Assembly (NCBI GenBank): GCA_965140415.1 | Contig: OZ223209.1 | Coordinates: forward strand, 5,024,001-5,088,000 | Direction of reading: 5' to 3' | DNA length: 64,000 nt | DNA from: Myxococcota bacterium | GTDB lineage: Bacteria; Myxococcota_A; SURF-8 | The notes under the pieces: model-generated | The model's input: only the letters and a program-made list of their open reading frames with translations | Databases searched by the model: none | What the model was told of the DNA's origin: nothing | In this document: positions 39,355-49,600 of the stretch, piece by piece | Layout of the letters: every line of letters starts with the position of its first letter | Numbering within the stretch: the stretch's first letter is position 1 | Translations under genes and position numbers: made by a program

Positions 39355-39960
39355 CTCGTTGTTTGTCGAAGGATCTCTGACAACGTAACCCATCCGCCAG
39401 TAGTAGTTGGCGGCTAGTGGAGATTTCGGGAAGCCGGAGTGGGAGTTGCTCAGGTTGATGCTCTGGTTGGTACTCAGGTTGTAGTTGGTTGTAATGTAGT
39501 TGCTCATTTTGATGTCATGTTCCCGTTTGCCTGGTCCGGCTTCCCTTTAAATTTCCTCTCGACTCAACATAGGAGTAACGGCAACATGAAAGCAGTCTTC
39601 GAATTATTCTCAACGATTTTCAAAGAGAACATGAAATTCTGGTTCTCTTCGATCTTCGAAGAAAAGCGCGGTTAAAAGGCCTATCGGCATTTTCGGCTTT
39701 CTCTATGGATCTCCGAACTGAACTTCTAGCTTTCTTTCCTGGAAGAGTAATTTCTTCTGTACATCACATCCCAAGTGATACGCGTCAATTCTCAATCTAT
39801 CCCTCTGCTATAGAGAAAGCCGTAGATTTTTCTACGCAAGTGTAAAACCCCTTTAACACTTACATATAAATCGTGCGTTAAGGCACGATACACCCGATTC
39901 CCAATCGGGGTCGCCTTGGTTTTTCAAAAACCGGCGGCCTCGTCCTTTTCGCATTTTCTC
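39355..39960 (+). ncRNA. Candidate large structured RNA of unknown family, containing an sORF
   Basis: Two long-range perfect stems (11 bp and 13 bp) and at least 7 local hairpins directly downstream of the sigma54 motif. Confidence 0.5.
39586..39675 (+). CDS. 29-aa small protein MKAVFELFSTIFKENMKFWFSSIFEEKRG
   Basis: AGGAG Shine-Dalgarno at 39571-39575; internally repeated amphipathic sequence. Confidence 0.55.
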   Translation: MKAVFELFSTIFKENMKFWFSSIFEEKRG

Positions 39961-40270
39961 TGTAATAACAATATATTAACTATATCTATGAGAAGCATGT
40001 GGGGTCTTGTCTGTTATTAAAGACCGCAAGATAGGTGCAAGCAATCTATAACTACTCTTCTGCCAGCCCCTCTTTTTTCAGACAAAATGTAAACCGCAAC
40101 TGTCAGAAAACAAATCCGAAAAAAGTGAAAATCTTCTAGTAGGAAAGAAAGCTTTTCAAGCCAACCTAAAATCTGTTACACTTCCCCCGCCAATTTACGT
40201 TGAGTGCCAATCGAATTCGACTTGCAGTTTAGGTGCGAAATTCACGCAATGCCTGCCAGTCGCATGAACC

Positions 40271-41491
40271 ATGGAATGGATAAATGGAGATTTACCGATG
40301 ATCCTACGGTTTGCTCACATGCTCTGCCTGTCTATACTGGTGTTATTATTAATGAATACATGGAGTTGGGCGCAGGAGAACTCGGAAGTCCTTCCGGCGC
40401 AAGCAGAAGAAACAGCAAAAGCCGCTGCCGATGCTCCCGAGACCGATGCTGCCACAACGACTGATTCCGGGACTGAAAATGCGGCTGCAACGGCTGATAC
40501 GCAAGAAAGCACCACGACCGAAACTACTGCGGCGGCGGAAGTGGAAGCCAGTCCGCAAAAGACCGAATCCAACACGGAAACGACCACAAACGCGCCGGTA
40601 AATACACCCGTTGATACACAAGAAGCACAGGACGTTTCCGAGGCTGGGACAAAGGCGACCGGTAAACAACCGCTAAAAGCACGTAACGACACGCAAACGA
40701 CCAGTGAACAAGCTCCGGTTGCCGGTCAGAATATGACCGAACCAGCCACAGAAACGACCGAAACCGCACCGGAAGCGGCGGAAACCACCAACACGGAAGC
40801 TACTCCCGTTGCTCCCGCAGCAGCCGAAGAAAGCTCTCCTTCCGAAACGACACCACCACCGGCAACCGCAGAAGCCACTAAAACGGAAGCAGCACCCGTA
40901 GCAGAAGAAGACGAGGATGAAGAGGACGAAGACGGTGAAGAAGAGGAAAAAGTTCCCGGCAGCCAGATTCGTTTTTCAATCGTCGGCGGTGGCCTGGTTC
41001 CCGTTAAAGGCGGCAAGGCGGGTTTCGCGGTCGGAGGTCATTTGGGATATGAATTCGGCGGCGACTTGAAGAATCTGAGTATTGAATTGTTTTTATACCA
41101 GGGTTGGAACGATAGCAACGAACTACTGGAAAAACCGGGCGAAAATCTGGATAAAACCCGCAAAGGGTTGAAGTTGCTGGCTTTCGCTCCGGGTGTACGC
41201 TATCGCGTGTATGGCGAGCGCTTCCGCGTGTATCTCTCCGGGCATATCGGTTTATCATACGCTACCTATACGCTGCCGGGGGATTCCGGTACTTCCAAAG
41301 AAGGCTTGGCGGCGGATCTGGGCGGCGGCATCGAGTATCAGCTTTCCGACATGTTCCACATCGATATCACTGCCGCCTACGCTTTCCATGCACTGAACAT
41401 TCCGATCATCGAAGGCAGTGCCAATAACAAAGGCAGCTACCTGCACGGTCTGTTCGTCGGCGCGGGAATCGGGTTGAAAACAGATCTGTAA
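40271..41491 (+). CDS. Outer-membrane beta-barrel (OmpA-like membrane domain) with a long Ala/Thr/Glu-rich N-terminal tract
   Basis: Signal peptide (SWA/Q), about 190-aa low-complexity region, then amphipathic strands (GGHLGYEF, PGVRYRV, DLGGGIEY). Confidence 0.7.
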   Translation: MEWINGDLPMILRFAHMLCLSILVLLLMNTWSWAQENSEVLPAQAEETAKAAADAPETDAATTTDSGTENAAATADTQESTTTETTAAAEVEASPQKTESNTETTTNAPVNTPVDTQEAQDVSEAGTKATGKQPLKARNDTQTTSEQAPVAGQNMTEPATETTETAPEAAETTNTEATPVAPAAAEESSPSETTPPPATAEATKTEAAPVAEEDEDEEDEDGEEEEKVPGSQIRFSIVGGGLVPVKGGKAGFAVGGHLGYEFGGDLKNLSIELFLYQGWNDSNELLEKPGENLDKTRKGLKLLAFAPGVRYRVYGERFRVYLSGHIGLSYATYTLPGDSGTSKEGLAADLGGGIEYQLSDMFHIDITAAYAFHALNIPIIEGSANNKGSYLHGLFVGAGIGLKTDL

Positions 41492-41504
41492 GAGGTTTTC
41501 TGCT

Positions 41505-42008
41505 ATGCATTGCGCGATCGTACACACGCTGAAGTTTGTCTTATTCGCTGCGATTCTGATTGTTTTTTCCGGGTTATTGGGTTGTGAGAAAGTGACTGTC
41601 GATCCCAAGCTGCACGATCTGGAAGTTCCCTACATCCCCGACATTCATAAGCCGGGAGCCGTGAAAGATCCGCCTGCCAGCTACCGCGAAGCCTCCTCGG
41701 CGAACAAGCTGTATCGGCAAATGGAATTGGCCATTGTGGCCGGGCGCACCGAAGAAGCCTTGTTTAAATTGAAGGATCATTTAGCCCAACCCAAACCGGC
41801 TTTGGTCGGACGCGGCTATTTTCTGCTGGCGATGGCTTACGTCCGTGCCGGAAAGAAAGATCAGGCGAAAGAAGTTGCCGAACGAGGACTACAGCTTTGC
41901 CCCTATTGCAGCCAACACAACAATCTTATGCAACTGCTAGACGATCTGAAGAAAAACAAGGCAGATTTCGAATTGCCCGATAGCGGAGATGAAGAAGATC
42001 AGCCGTAG
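41505..42008 (+). CDS. Lipoprotein with a TPR-like repeat
   Basis: Lipobox LLGC and GYFLLAMAYVRAGKKDQAKE. Confidence 0.65.
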   Translation: MHCAIVHTLKFVLFAAILIVFSGLLGCEKVTVDPKLHDLEVPYIPDIHKPGAVKDPPASYREASSANKLYRQMELAIVAGRTEEALFKLKDHLAQPKPALVGRGYFLLAMAYVRAGKKDQAKEVAERGLQLCPYCSQHNNLMQLLDDLKKNKADFELPDSGDEEDQP

Positions 42009-43072
42009 AAGTCTTCATAAGCCTGGGCGCTGCCGCGCCAGCGTCGCAGATTCGATACCCAGCGCTCCTTTTCCCATTCCAATATTACATATGTCAACCG
42101 CACCTGGAAGCCGTAGGCTTGAATATCCATGTTGGTGACGCCATTCCAGCAACCGGCGTTCAAATATTCACCCTCGCCGGACCATTGCCGATACAAGGCG
42201 TGGTGCGTATGACCTAGAATGACCGTGCCGATTTTCTCCTTTTTCAACAAATGGCGTACCGCGCGCAATTCGGGAAAACTGCGCGTTTGATTAAGCAGCA
42301 TGGGAATTACCGGCCAGCCGAAACGGCGGTGTCCTACCTTGGCGAAAAAGATCGTGTACAAGTAGAAGAAAATCAGCTTGGTGATGGTTACGATGAAGAA
42401 GCTAAGATCGAAAATGGCCGACCATGTCAGGTAATGTCGAAAGGGCTTGACCTTGTCGATATAGGCACGTCGATTTTTCAATTTACAGACGAAGTGAATG
42501 TAGAAATAGGTGGCCCACGGAATGTTCAGAATGGGCTCCGGCAATCCTCTCGATAAAATCGGCAGCTTGGGGTCGACGTAATGTACCGGCTCGAAACGAT
42601 CTCCGTGCTCGATATGCACGTTGTCGAACACATAAGCGCGGTTGAAAATCTGCACGTTTTCACCCAAGCGTTCTTGCAGCAATTTCTTGGCTTCGGTCCA
42701 GATAAGCCCGGCATCGTGATTGCCTACTGTAAACGTTAAAGTTTTTCCGGGATTCTCAATAAAGGCGCGCAAAGCGTCGAAAACCATGGTGTGACCGTTT
42801 AAGATATCCTGAAGTTGACGAAGTACGATGTCCTCGGTGATGTCGGAGGGAATGCGTCCATCCACCTCTCCCTGGATCAGGTTGAAGAAATCCCCGTTGA
42901 TAATCAACTCGACTTCAGTGTTGGTGTAATCGCCGGAAGAATAATACTCCAGAAACTCCACGAAACGCTCGTCGAGCATGAAGTTTTCCATGATGTTGCG
43001 GGAGCCGTCGGGGTTGCGCCGCCCGGTTCCAAGATGGAAATCGGATACCACCAGCTTGATTCGTTCCGTCAT
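41999..43072 (-). CDS. Calcineurin-like metallophosphoesterase
   Basis: SDFHLG, NGDFF, GNHD, EHG and GHTH motifs. Confidence 0.88.
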   Translation of the reverse strand: MTERIKLVVSDFHLGTGRRNPDGSRNIMENFMLDERFVEFLEYYSSGDYTNTEVELIINGDFFNLIQGEVDGRIPSDITEDIVLRQLQDILNGHTMVFDALRAFIENPGKTLTFTVGNHDAGLIWTEAKKLLQERLGENVQIFNRAYVFDNVHIEHGDRFEPVHYVDPKLPILSRGLPEPILNIPWATYFYIHFVCKLKNRRAYIDKVKPFRHYLTWSAIFDLSFFIVTITKLIFFYLYTIFFAKVGHRRFGWPVIPMLLNQTRSFPELRAVRHLLKKEKIGTVILGHTHHALYRQWSGEGEYLNAGCWNGVTNMDIQAYGFQVRLTYVILEWEKERWVSNLRRWRGSAQAYEDFYG

Positions 43073-44232
43073 GGTGCGATTGTCTCTTCCGTTTCCTGCG
43101 AATTGGAATCTTCCATTCGTTCCGTGGCTTCTTCCAGTTCCTCCGACGTTTCCGAATCCAGATAGAAACGTGTATTCTGGTAGTAATCCCGCATGCGCCG
43201 CCAGAGGATGTTGATAACAGACGCCACCGGCACGGCAATCAGAATACCGGCGAATCCCAGTAATTCACCGCCGATCATCAAAGCCAGAATGACCGCCAGG
43301 GGCGACAGGCCAACTTTGTCTCCAACGACTTTCGGGGTAATAACAAACGATTCGAGCGTTTGCACGATCGTAAAGGTAATGCCGATGCCGATCAGCGGTC
43401 CATAACCCTGCCAGTCCAGTAACGCCAGTAACAGCGACAAACCCACGCCCACCGCCGAGCCAAGGTAAGGAATGAAGGCGACCATGCCTGCAATCAGGCC
43501 GATCAAAAAGCCCAGCGGAACGCCACTGATCGCAAAGCCCACGGCGTAAAGCATTCCCAGAATCAGGCAGACTGTCACCTGCCCGCGCACGAAGGAAGAG
43601 AGCACTTCGTCGATTTCCCGGAACAGATCGATGACCCAGTTTTTGTGCCGCAGCGGAACATAGTGCAGCGGATACAACTTCAAGGTGTCGAAATCGCGCA
43701 GGAAATAAAAGGTGAAGATTGGAATCATGGCGGCGGAAAACAGCGCCATGATGGCCCCAAAGGTGGAGGTGAAAGTGTTCTTTAAAAAGGTCGTTACCGG
43801 AGCCAGTTCGGCGGCGGTCAGGTTATGCAGCCAGTCTTTGGCGCGCAATCCGACCTTTTCCAGTAATGAGGGCAACTCCATACCGGTCCACTGCGTCAAT
43901 AGCGGCACCAGGCGCTTTTCGAGATTCGAAATAATTTCGGGCAATCGAGCGATGAACGACTCGGTTTCATCGACGATCAACGGGATGAAGATGAGCAGGA
44001 ACACAGCAAACACCAGCATGGCCGCAGCCAATAGCAGCACGATGCCGAGTGTGCGCGAGAATTTGCGCTCCTCCAAGCGATCCACCACCGGGTCGAGAAA
44101 ATAGGCGAGCAGAAAGGAAAACGCCACAGGGATCAGTACGTCGCGCAGCAGATACATCAACACGGTGGCCAGAAGTAACAGAACCACAACCAGTTTCATG
44201 TTCGGTGCCGGGCGACTTTGCGACTCGTTCAC
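43069..44232 (-). CDS. AI-2E family transporter
   Basis: LAYFLDPVV, FVRGQ, FIPYLG, ITPKVVGDKVGLSP and GILIAVP. Confidence 0.92.
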   Translation of the reverse strand: MNESQSRPAPNMKLVVVLLLLATVLMYLLRDVLIPVAFSFLLAYFLDPVVDRLEERKFSRTLGIVLLLAAAMLVFAVFLLIFIPLIVDETESFIARLPEIISNLEKRLVPLLTQWTGMELPSLLEKVGLRAKDWLHNLTAAELAPVTTFLKNTFTSTFGAIMALFSAAMIPIFTFYFLRDFDTLKLYPLHYVPLRHKNWVIDLFREIDEVLSSFVRGQVTVCLILGMLYAVGFAISGVPLGFLIGLIAGMVAFIPYLGSAVGVGLSLLLALLDWQGYGPLIGIGITFTIVQTLESFVITPKVVGDKVGLSPLAVILALMIGGELLGFAGILIAVPVASVINILWRRMRDYYQNTRFYLDSETSEELEEATERMEDSNSQETEETIAP

Positions 44233-44301
44233 GATTCCCTCTCCCGTTCTATACTACGATATGCGAATGATAGCAGAAGATCCGCCAGCTAGACAAGTCT
44301 T

Positions 44302-45453
44302 TCAGCTTCCAGGCGTATTAGGACTTCCATCGAAGATCTGCCGAAGTTCTTCGATCATCCGTTTCATCTCCTCCGTCACTGGAGGTAACGACATCTCACC
44401 CGCCTCGCGCCACCAATCCGCACTTTCAGTGTACAGCCACACGATGCCGTCCCCCGCTTGCGAGACAGCGTTCAACTTGCAGCGAAGTTCTTCCACCGTC
44501 AGCGGCTTTCCCTTCTCCGGTCCGATAAAGTGCCGATCGTAAACGCCGAAGGCAATGGGCATTTTGCCAAGAAAGAGAGGAAGCTCCGCTTTACTTAAAA
44601 AGGGATAGCTCGGCGGCCATTGTACACGCATCTGCTGCGCGGCCAGCTTAAATTGTTCAGGCAAACGGAGTGCGTAACGTTCCCCGCCCTCGATCAACTG
44701 CCCCACCTGCGCCGTCATCGCCATGCCTGCCGCAAAGGGACCGATATACGGCCATGGCTCGCGATAGGCTCCCGTTTCATCTACCGAAATCCAAGGTCCG
44801 AGAAAGAGCAGCACCGGTGCGTCCGTCCAACCCGCTTGAATTGCCGCCATAGTTTGTTCGCCACGCGCTTTGTATTGCCGGGCGTAATCCTCGATACTGC
44901 GGTCATTTTGAACGACGTCGAAAGCGAACCAGTTACAGCCATACGGTTCGTTATCAAAAGCCAGCCCGTATAACCCCGCTTCCTTGGCAGCCAGGGAGAA
45001 AAGTCGCAGGTTATCGAAAATCACGCTCCAGTCTTCGAACACATCCGGGGGACAGGCATCCGTCTGCGGAGACGACGCAAACAGCAGCAGCAGATCGTGG
45101 CGTCCCTGTCCTAACCCTGCCTGCCGATACGGTTCCAATGCGGAACGAATTTCATCAATAGTTAAAGCTTGCTGCGAAAAGATGCGATCCCGAAGCGGCG
45201 AGTCGAGCAGGACACCGTCGAATGGAGCGGTGCGCAAGCGCTCGGAGTGACTCGCCGCCCAGGATACCGAAGGCATATCCCAGCCGTGCTTGAGCAGCAG
45301 AACGTTCCCTTTTGTAGGAGTGGATCGCAACACCGCTTTCTGCGAGGCACAGGCCATGCATAAACTAAAAACCGCCAGCAGAATGAAGATTCGACTGGCG
45401 GTATGGTGACTTGTTTCCAACTTGTTTATCGTCAGGGCAGTCCCGAACGGCAA
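44302..45453 (-). CDS. Hypothetical lipoprotein (possible TIM-barrel fold)
   Basis: Lipobox CMAC; PFDGV, GLAFDNEPY and VWLYTE. Start uncertain. Confidence 0.6.
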   Translation of the reverse strand: MPFGTALTINKLETSHHTASRIFILLAVFSLCMACASQKAVLRSTPTKGNVLLLKHGWDMPSVSWAASHSERLRTAPFDGVLLDSPLRDRIFSQQALTIDEIRSALEPYRQAGLGQGRHDLLLLFASSPQTDACPPDVFEDWSVIFDNLRLFSLAAKEAGLYGLAFDNEPYGCNWFAFDVVQNDRSIEDYARQYKARGEQTMAAIQAGWTDAPVLLFLGPWISVDETGAYREPWPYIGPFAAGMAMTAQVGQLIEGGERYALRLPEQFKLAAQQMRVQWPPSYPFLSKAELPLFLGKMPIAFGVYDRHFIGPEKGKPLTVEELRCKLNAVSQAGDGIVWLYTESADWWREAGEMSLPPVTEEMKRMIEELRQIFDGSPNTPGS

Positions 45454-45458
45454 GCGGC

Positions 45459-46232
45459 TTACCAGGAGAAGCCCAGATGCGGCATCAGTGAAGCGTAGAT
45501 GGCATCGCCATGATACTGTCGCTGATCCGAAACGGCATAACCGACCGACAGGCTGACTCCCAAAGTCAGATAGAAGGGGAAGCGGTAACGGTAACCGACT
45601 TCCAACATGGGCACCAGCAGATCAAAGTCTTTGCCGTCGCCCGATTCGTTGAATTTGACCAAACCCCATTCGTCAACGACTTCCGTAGACGCCATGGCGG
45701 CGGGAATCGGATCGGGGTCGCGATGCATGTGAATGAAGAAGAATCCCGGCCCGAAGTACAAACTGCCGGGGCCGTCGCCCAACGGGTACCAATGGAAGGC
45801 GAAACCCAGCCCGTAGCAGAAACCGACATCATCCGGGAAGGGCTGATACCAGGCCCACCAAGCCGTAACACCGAAATGCGGCGCGGCGATTTCCGCCTGG
45901 ATACCGACTTCGAGCAACAGATCTTTACCCAACAGGCCCACAGCGCTACGCTCGGAGATCAGCACCATGGATTTGCCGCCCGTTTCAATTTCTTCTGCCG
46001 GCTCTTCTTCTGCCGGCGCTTCGCCTTCCGGCGTGGCAGCGGGTTGCTCTTCGGGAGCAGCCGCAGGAGCCTCTTCCGGCTGTGGCGGCGGAGCGGTCTT
46101 TAATTCAGATGCGGCGACCGGTTCAGGGGAAACTGCTGTTGTTTCCGCCGGTTCCGGTTCGGCCCATGCCGACATAGTAAGCATCAGCAGTACGATTACA
46201 AGCGCTATTTGGCTGGTATGCTTCATATTCAA
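45459..46232 (-). CDS. Small outer-membrane beta-barrel protein with a Pro/Glu/Ala-rich linker
   Basis: Signal peptide (AWA/E), EVGYRY and C-terminal LGFSW. Confidence 0.65.
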   Translation of the reverse strand: MNMKHTSQIALVIVLLMLTMSAWAEPEPAETTAVSPEPVAASELKTAPPPQPEEAPAAAPEEQPAATPEGEAPAEEEPAEEIETGGKSMVLISERSAVGLLGKDLLLEVGIQAEIAAPHFGVTAWWAWYQPFPDDVGFCYGLGFAFHWYPLGDGPGSLYFGPGFFFIHMHRDPDPIPAAMASTEVVDEWGLVKFNESGDGKDFDLLVPMLEVGYRYRFPFYLTLGVSLSVGYAVSDQRQYHGDAIYASLMPHLGFSW

Positions 46233-46612
46233 CCTCAGACTCCTCCGCTTCTCAACCCATCAAAAGCAAGGCTACAGATCGCGATGCGACTGCCTTACCA
46301 CCCTTTGTGCTTGGGACGTTCGGTTTGGTGCCACATAAAAAGGACTGACAAAAGTCCAATCAATGTATAGGCAAACACACCGATCATGTAAAATTCAACT
46401 GCTGTCATTTTCCCACCTTCCTCTAAACACAGGGGGGATCATAGCCAGATCACCACAAAATTGCAAATTTTTTAATTCTATCGTCTTTACAGCCCTTGGT
46501 AGACTTTGTTATGCTTGAAATGGCTAAGGAAAGCCGAGTGTCAACCCAGTCTTAAAATATCGGGAAAGAGTCTGCTCGTCAGGCTGTAACCCCCGCCAGC
46601 AGGAGCTGCCCC

Positions 46613-49600
46613 ATGTCGGGATTCTTGAAGGCTTGCACTATTGCGTGTCTCTTTATGTGGACAACTGTCTTTTCCACGGCGGTGACTGTTGCCGCACCGA
46701 ATATCGAGGCCCAAACCAATCTCCCGGAAGAAATTCTGGTCGATCAGCCGCTGAATATGGATTTCACCATCCAGCACGGCGCAAAGCATATCGACTATGC
46801 CCTAGTCTACTATCGTAACCTACTGCGCAGTTCATGGAAAACCGTGTTTATTCGGAAAGCGAATTCCGAACGCTGGAGCGCGACGATCCCCGGAGAGCAC
46901 GTCAGCCGTCCCGGCATCGAAATCTGGGCGGTGGCCTTCGACCGACGCGGAGGCAAGCATGCACTGCTGTCCTCCGATTCAGACCCCACGATGATTCCGG
47001 TTGTGGAACGCCTGAGTCGACCGGTTACCGCCACTCCCATTCCCGCATCGGAAGCGACGCCTTCCGGGCAGCAGGAAGAACCCGACGAATTTTCCATGAA
47101 CTGGGAGGAAGGTGTCGATTCGCAGGAGCCGATTGAACCCAAAACGCTTTCGGAGGCTCAGGAACCGGCGGAAGGAGAAGAACTTCAAAAAGCGGAAACG
47201 CTGGAACAGGCAGAGGAATTGTTGGGTCGCGAATTCCAGGGCGAGCCAGGTTTTAAGGATACGGACCTGTCCGAAGAGTTCGCCCTGTTCACCGCAGAAA
47301 CGGAAGCCAAGGTCAAATCGGCTTCCAAGGTAGAGCAGGAAATCTCCACCTCCCCTTCTTCGATCACCGTCATCACCGATGAAGATATCCGCAACTACGG
47401 CTCCACCAGTATTGCCGAGGTGCTGCGCACCGTTCCCGGCATGGATTTTCTGGAGATCAGCCATGCCGACAAAAACCTGAACGTGCGAGGTTTCAATCGT
47501 GAAGGCTCCAACAAAATGCTGGTGCTTATCGATGGTCGCTCAGTTTATGTGGACCTGTTCGGTATCACGTTCTGGGAAGCGCTGCCGATTCCGGTAGAGG
47601 AAATCGAGCGCATGGAAGTCATTCGCGGTCCGGCTTCCACTTTGTACGGAGCCAACGCCTTTTCCGGTGTGGTCAATATCTATACCAAGCGACCGGAAGA
47701 TATCAAGGGCCTGCTGTACGGTGTACATGCCGGACCTTACGGGCAAACGGCATCGGCAGTATTCGGCGATGTCAAAGATCGGCTAGGGTACAAACTTTCC
47801 GCCAGTTACCGGCGGCTGGCCTCCTATGACGACATGGACGACGACTCCATCGAATCGGTCAAAGGCAGCACCCTGATCGAATATGCCTTTGCCAAAGATC
47901 TGGGGCTTTCGATTTCCGGTGGTGCGGAAAAGGATCAGGCGAAGTCGATCTTTTCGTTGGTTGGTCCGGTTTCGGTCAGCACCACTCAGGCCTACACAAA
48001 ACTGAATGCCTGGTGGAAAGGCTTGGAATTCCAGTTCTTCTGGAGCTATCTGAATGTGGCGGCGGGCTTCGATCTGCCGATTCCACAGACAATCGCCGCC
48101 GATCCCAACTATTTCGTAGGCGAAGAGGACACCTCGATCCGCATCGATATCGACAAGCCGGACATGCCGCTGATCCACTCGACCAGCCATACTTTCGATT
48201 TGGACCTGCAATATAATATAGAATTGGGCGGCATCGACCGCATCACGGTCGGCGGTAATGCCCGTATCGTGCGCCTTGATTCTCCCGACGCCGAACAGGT
48301 GGTGGAGAGCGCCGCAGAGGCGACGGAAGCGGCGGTTTCCTCCGCACCGGAAGAAGGACTACGTACAAGGCGTTATACCTATTCGCTCTTTTTGCAAAAC
48401 GAGTTGTATCCGGTGGACTGGTTTATCATGAACGCCGGTATTCGCTACGAACTGCTCGACGTCAAAGAACACAAAATCTTAGACGATCCAACCAGCAGCG
48501 AAGTGGACAACATCCACTCCTGGTCCCCGCGCGGCAGCTTGATTTTCCTGCCACACAAAAATCACGCGCTGCGTATTTCAGGCGGTGTCAGTTTCCGTAA
48601 TCCGGCGTTTTTCGAATCCAACATGCAGGTGAATCTGGGCAAACTGATGATGACCGCCCGCACCTCCGAACTGGATTCCGTGATCCCATTCAACGACATT
48701 ACCGGCGAGGCGGATCTGGCCTACTCCGGAGAATCGTCGCTTTCACCTGAAAAGCTGTACGCCATCGAATTCGGCTATTCCGGGCGCTTCATCAAGCGCA
48801 TCGAGTTGAACGTGGATTTCTTTTACAACTGGTATCGGGATCTGATTTTATTCGACGGCAACCCGGAAAAGCTGTACTGGAATCTGAATCCCTTCTTTGC
48901 TCTGAATCCGGATGACTTCGAAGGCGGTGAGACCGGGCGCGCCTTTAAAACAGCCCAGAAATTGATGAATCCCTTCCGCTTCACAAACGACGTAGACGCC
49001 AATAACGTCGGTTTCGAACTGGCGCTGCGGGTACGCATGACAAGCTGGCTGCGCGGCTTCGCCAATTACAGCTTCCAGCATATCTGGGTATCCAACGCAG
49101 ATACGCTCAAGCAGAAATACGCTGACGACTACAATGCCTTTGTGGATCTACTGCCCACGACCATCGACGCCAACGGCATTCCCATCGCCATAGGCAATGC
49201 CGAAGCTTACAAGGAACATATCTCCCCCTCGGATATTGCGTTGGAGGACATCACCACGGTTCACAAGGAGAATCCGACGCACAAGTTCAATGTCGGACTG
49301 AATACGCACTACAAAGGTTTTTCCGCCAATCTGTTCGGACATTTCGTTTCCGCTACCGAACGGCGCAATTTTCTGACGCGACTGGCGTCCTCGCAGTTCT
49401 ATACCTTTAGCTGGACCGGCGGTGACGGCGGCTGGATTCGTTATAATGGCCGAGATGATGTGGCCGTTTACACCAAAGATCCTGAAAGCGGCGACACCAC
49501 CGTGTACGGCATCGACAAGATTTCGGAATATTTCATTTTGAACTTCAACGCCAGCTATGCGTTGTGGGATGGAAAAATGGAACTGGGTGTAGCCTTTTTC

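Noticed and set aside
39352-39507. Minus-strand AAC-rich 51-aa ORF (MSNYITTNYNL...) as a DGR template repeat or gene
   Set aside because: There is no reverse transcriptase and no matching variable repeat in the window, the Shine-Dalgarno is unconvincing, and the promoter evidence favours the + strand. Not fully excluded.
39355-39960. tmRNA, RNase P or 6S identity for the structured region
   Set aside because: No tRNA-like GGGG...CCA ends with a T-loop, the sORF does not end in an Ala-rich tag, and no RNase P conserved motifs were recognised.
46233-46612. Cobalamin or other riboswitch upstream of the TonB-dependent receptor
   Set aside because: Only scattered short similarities; no B12-box or other aptamer core could be identified.
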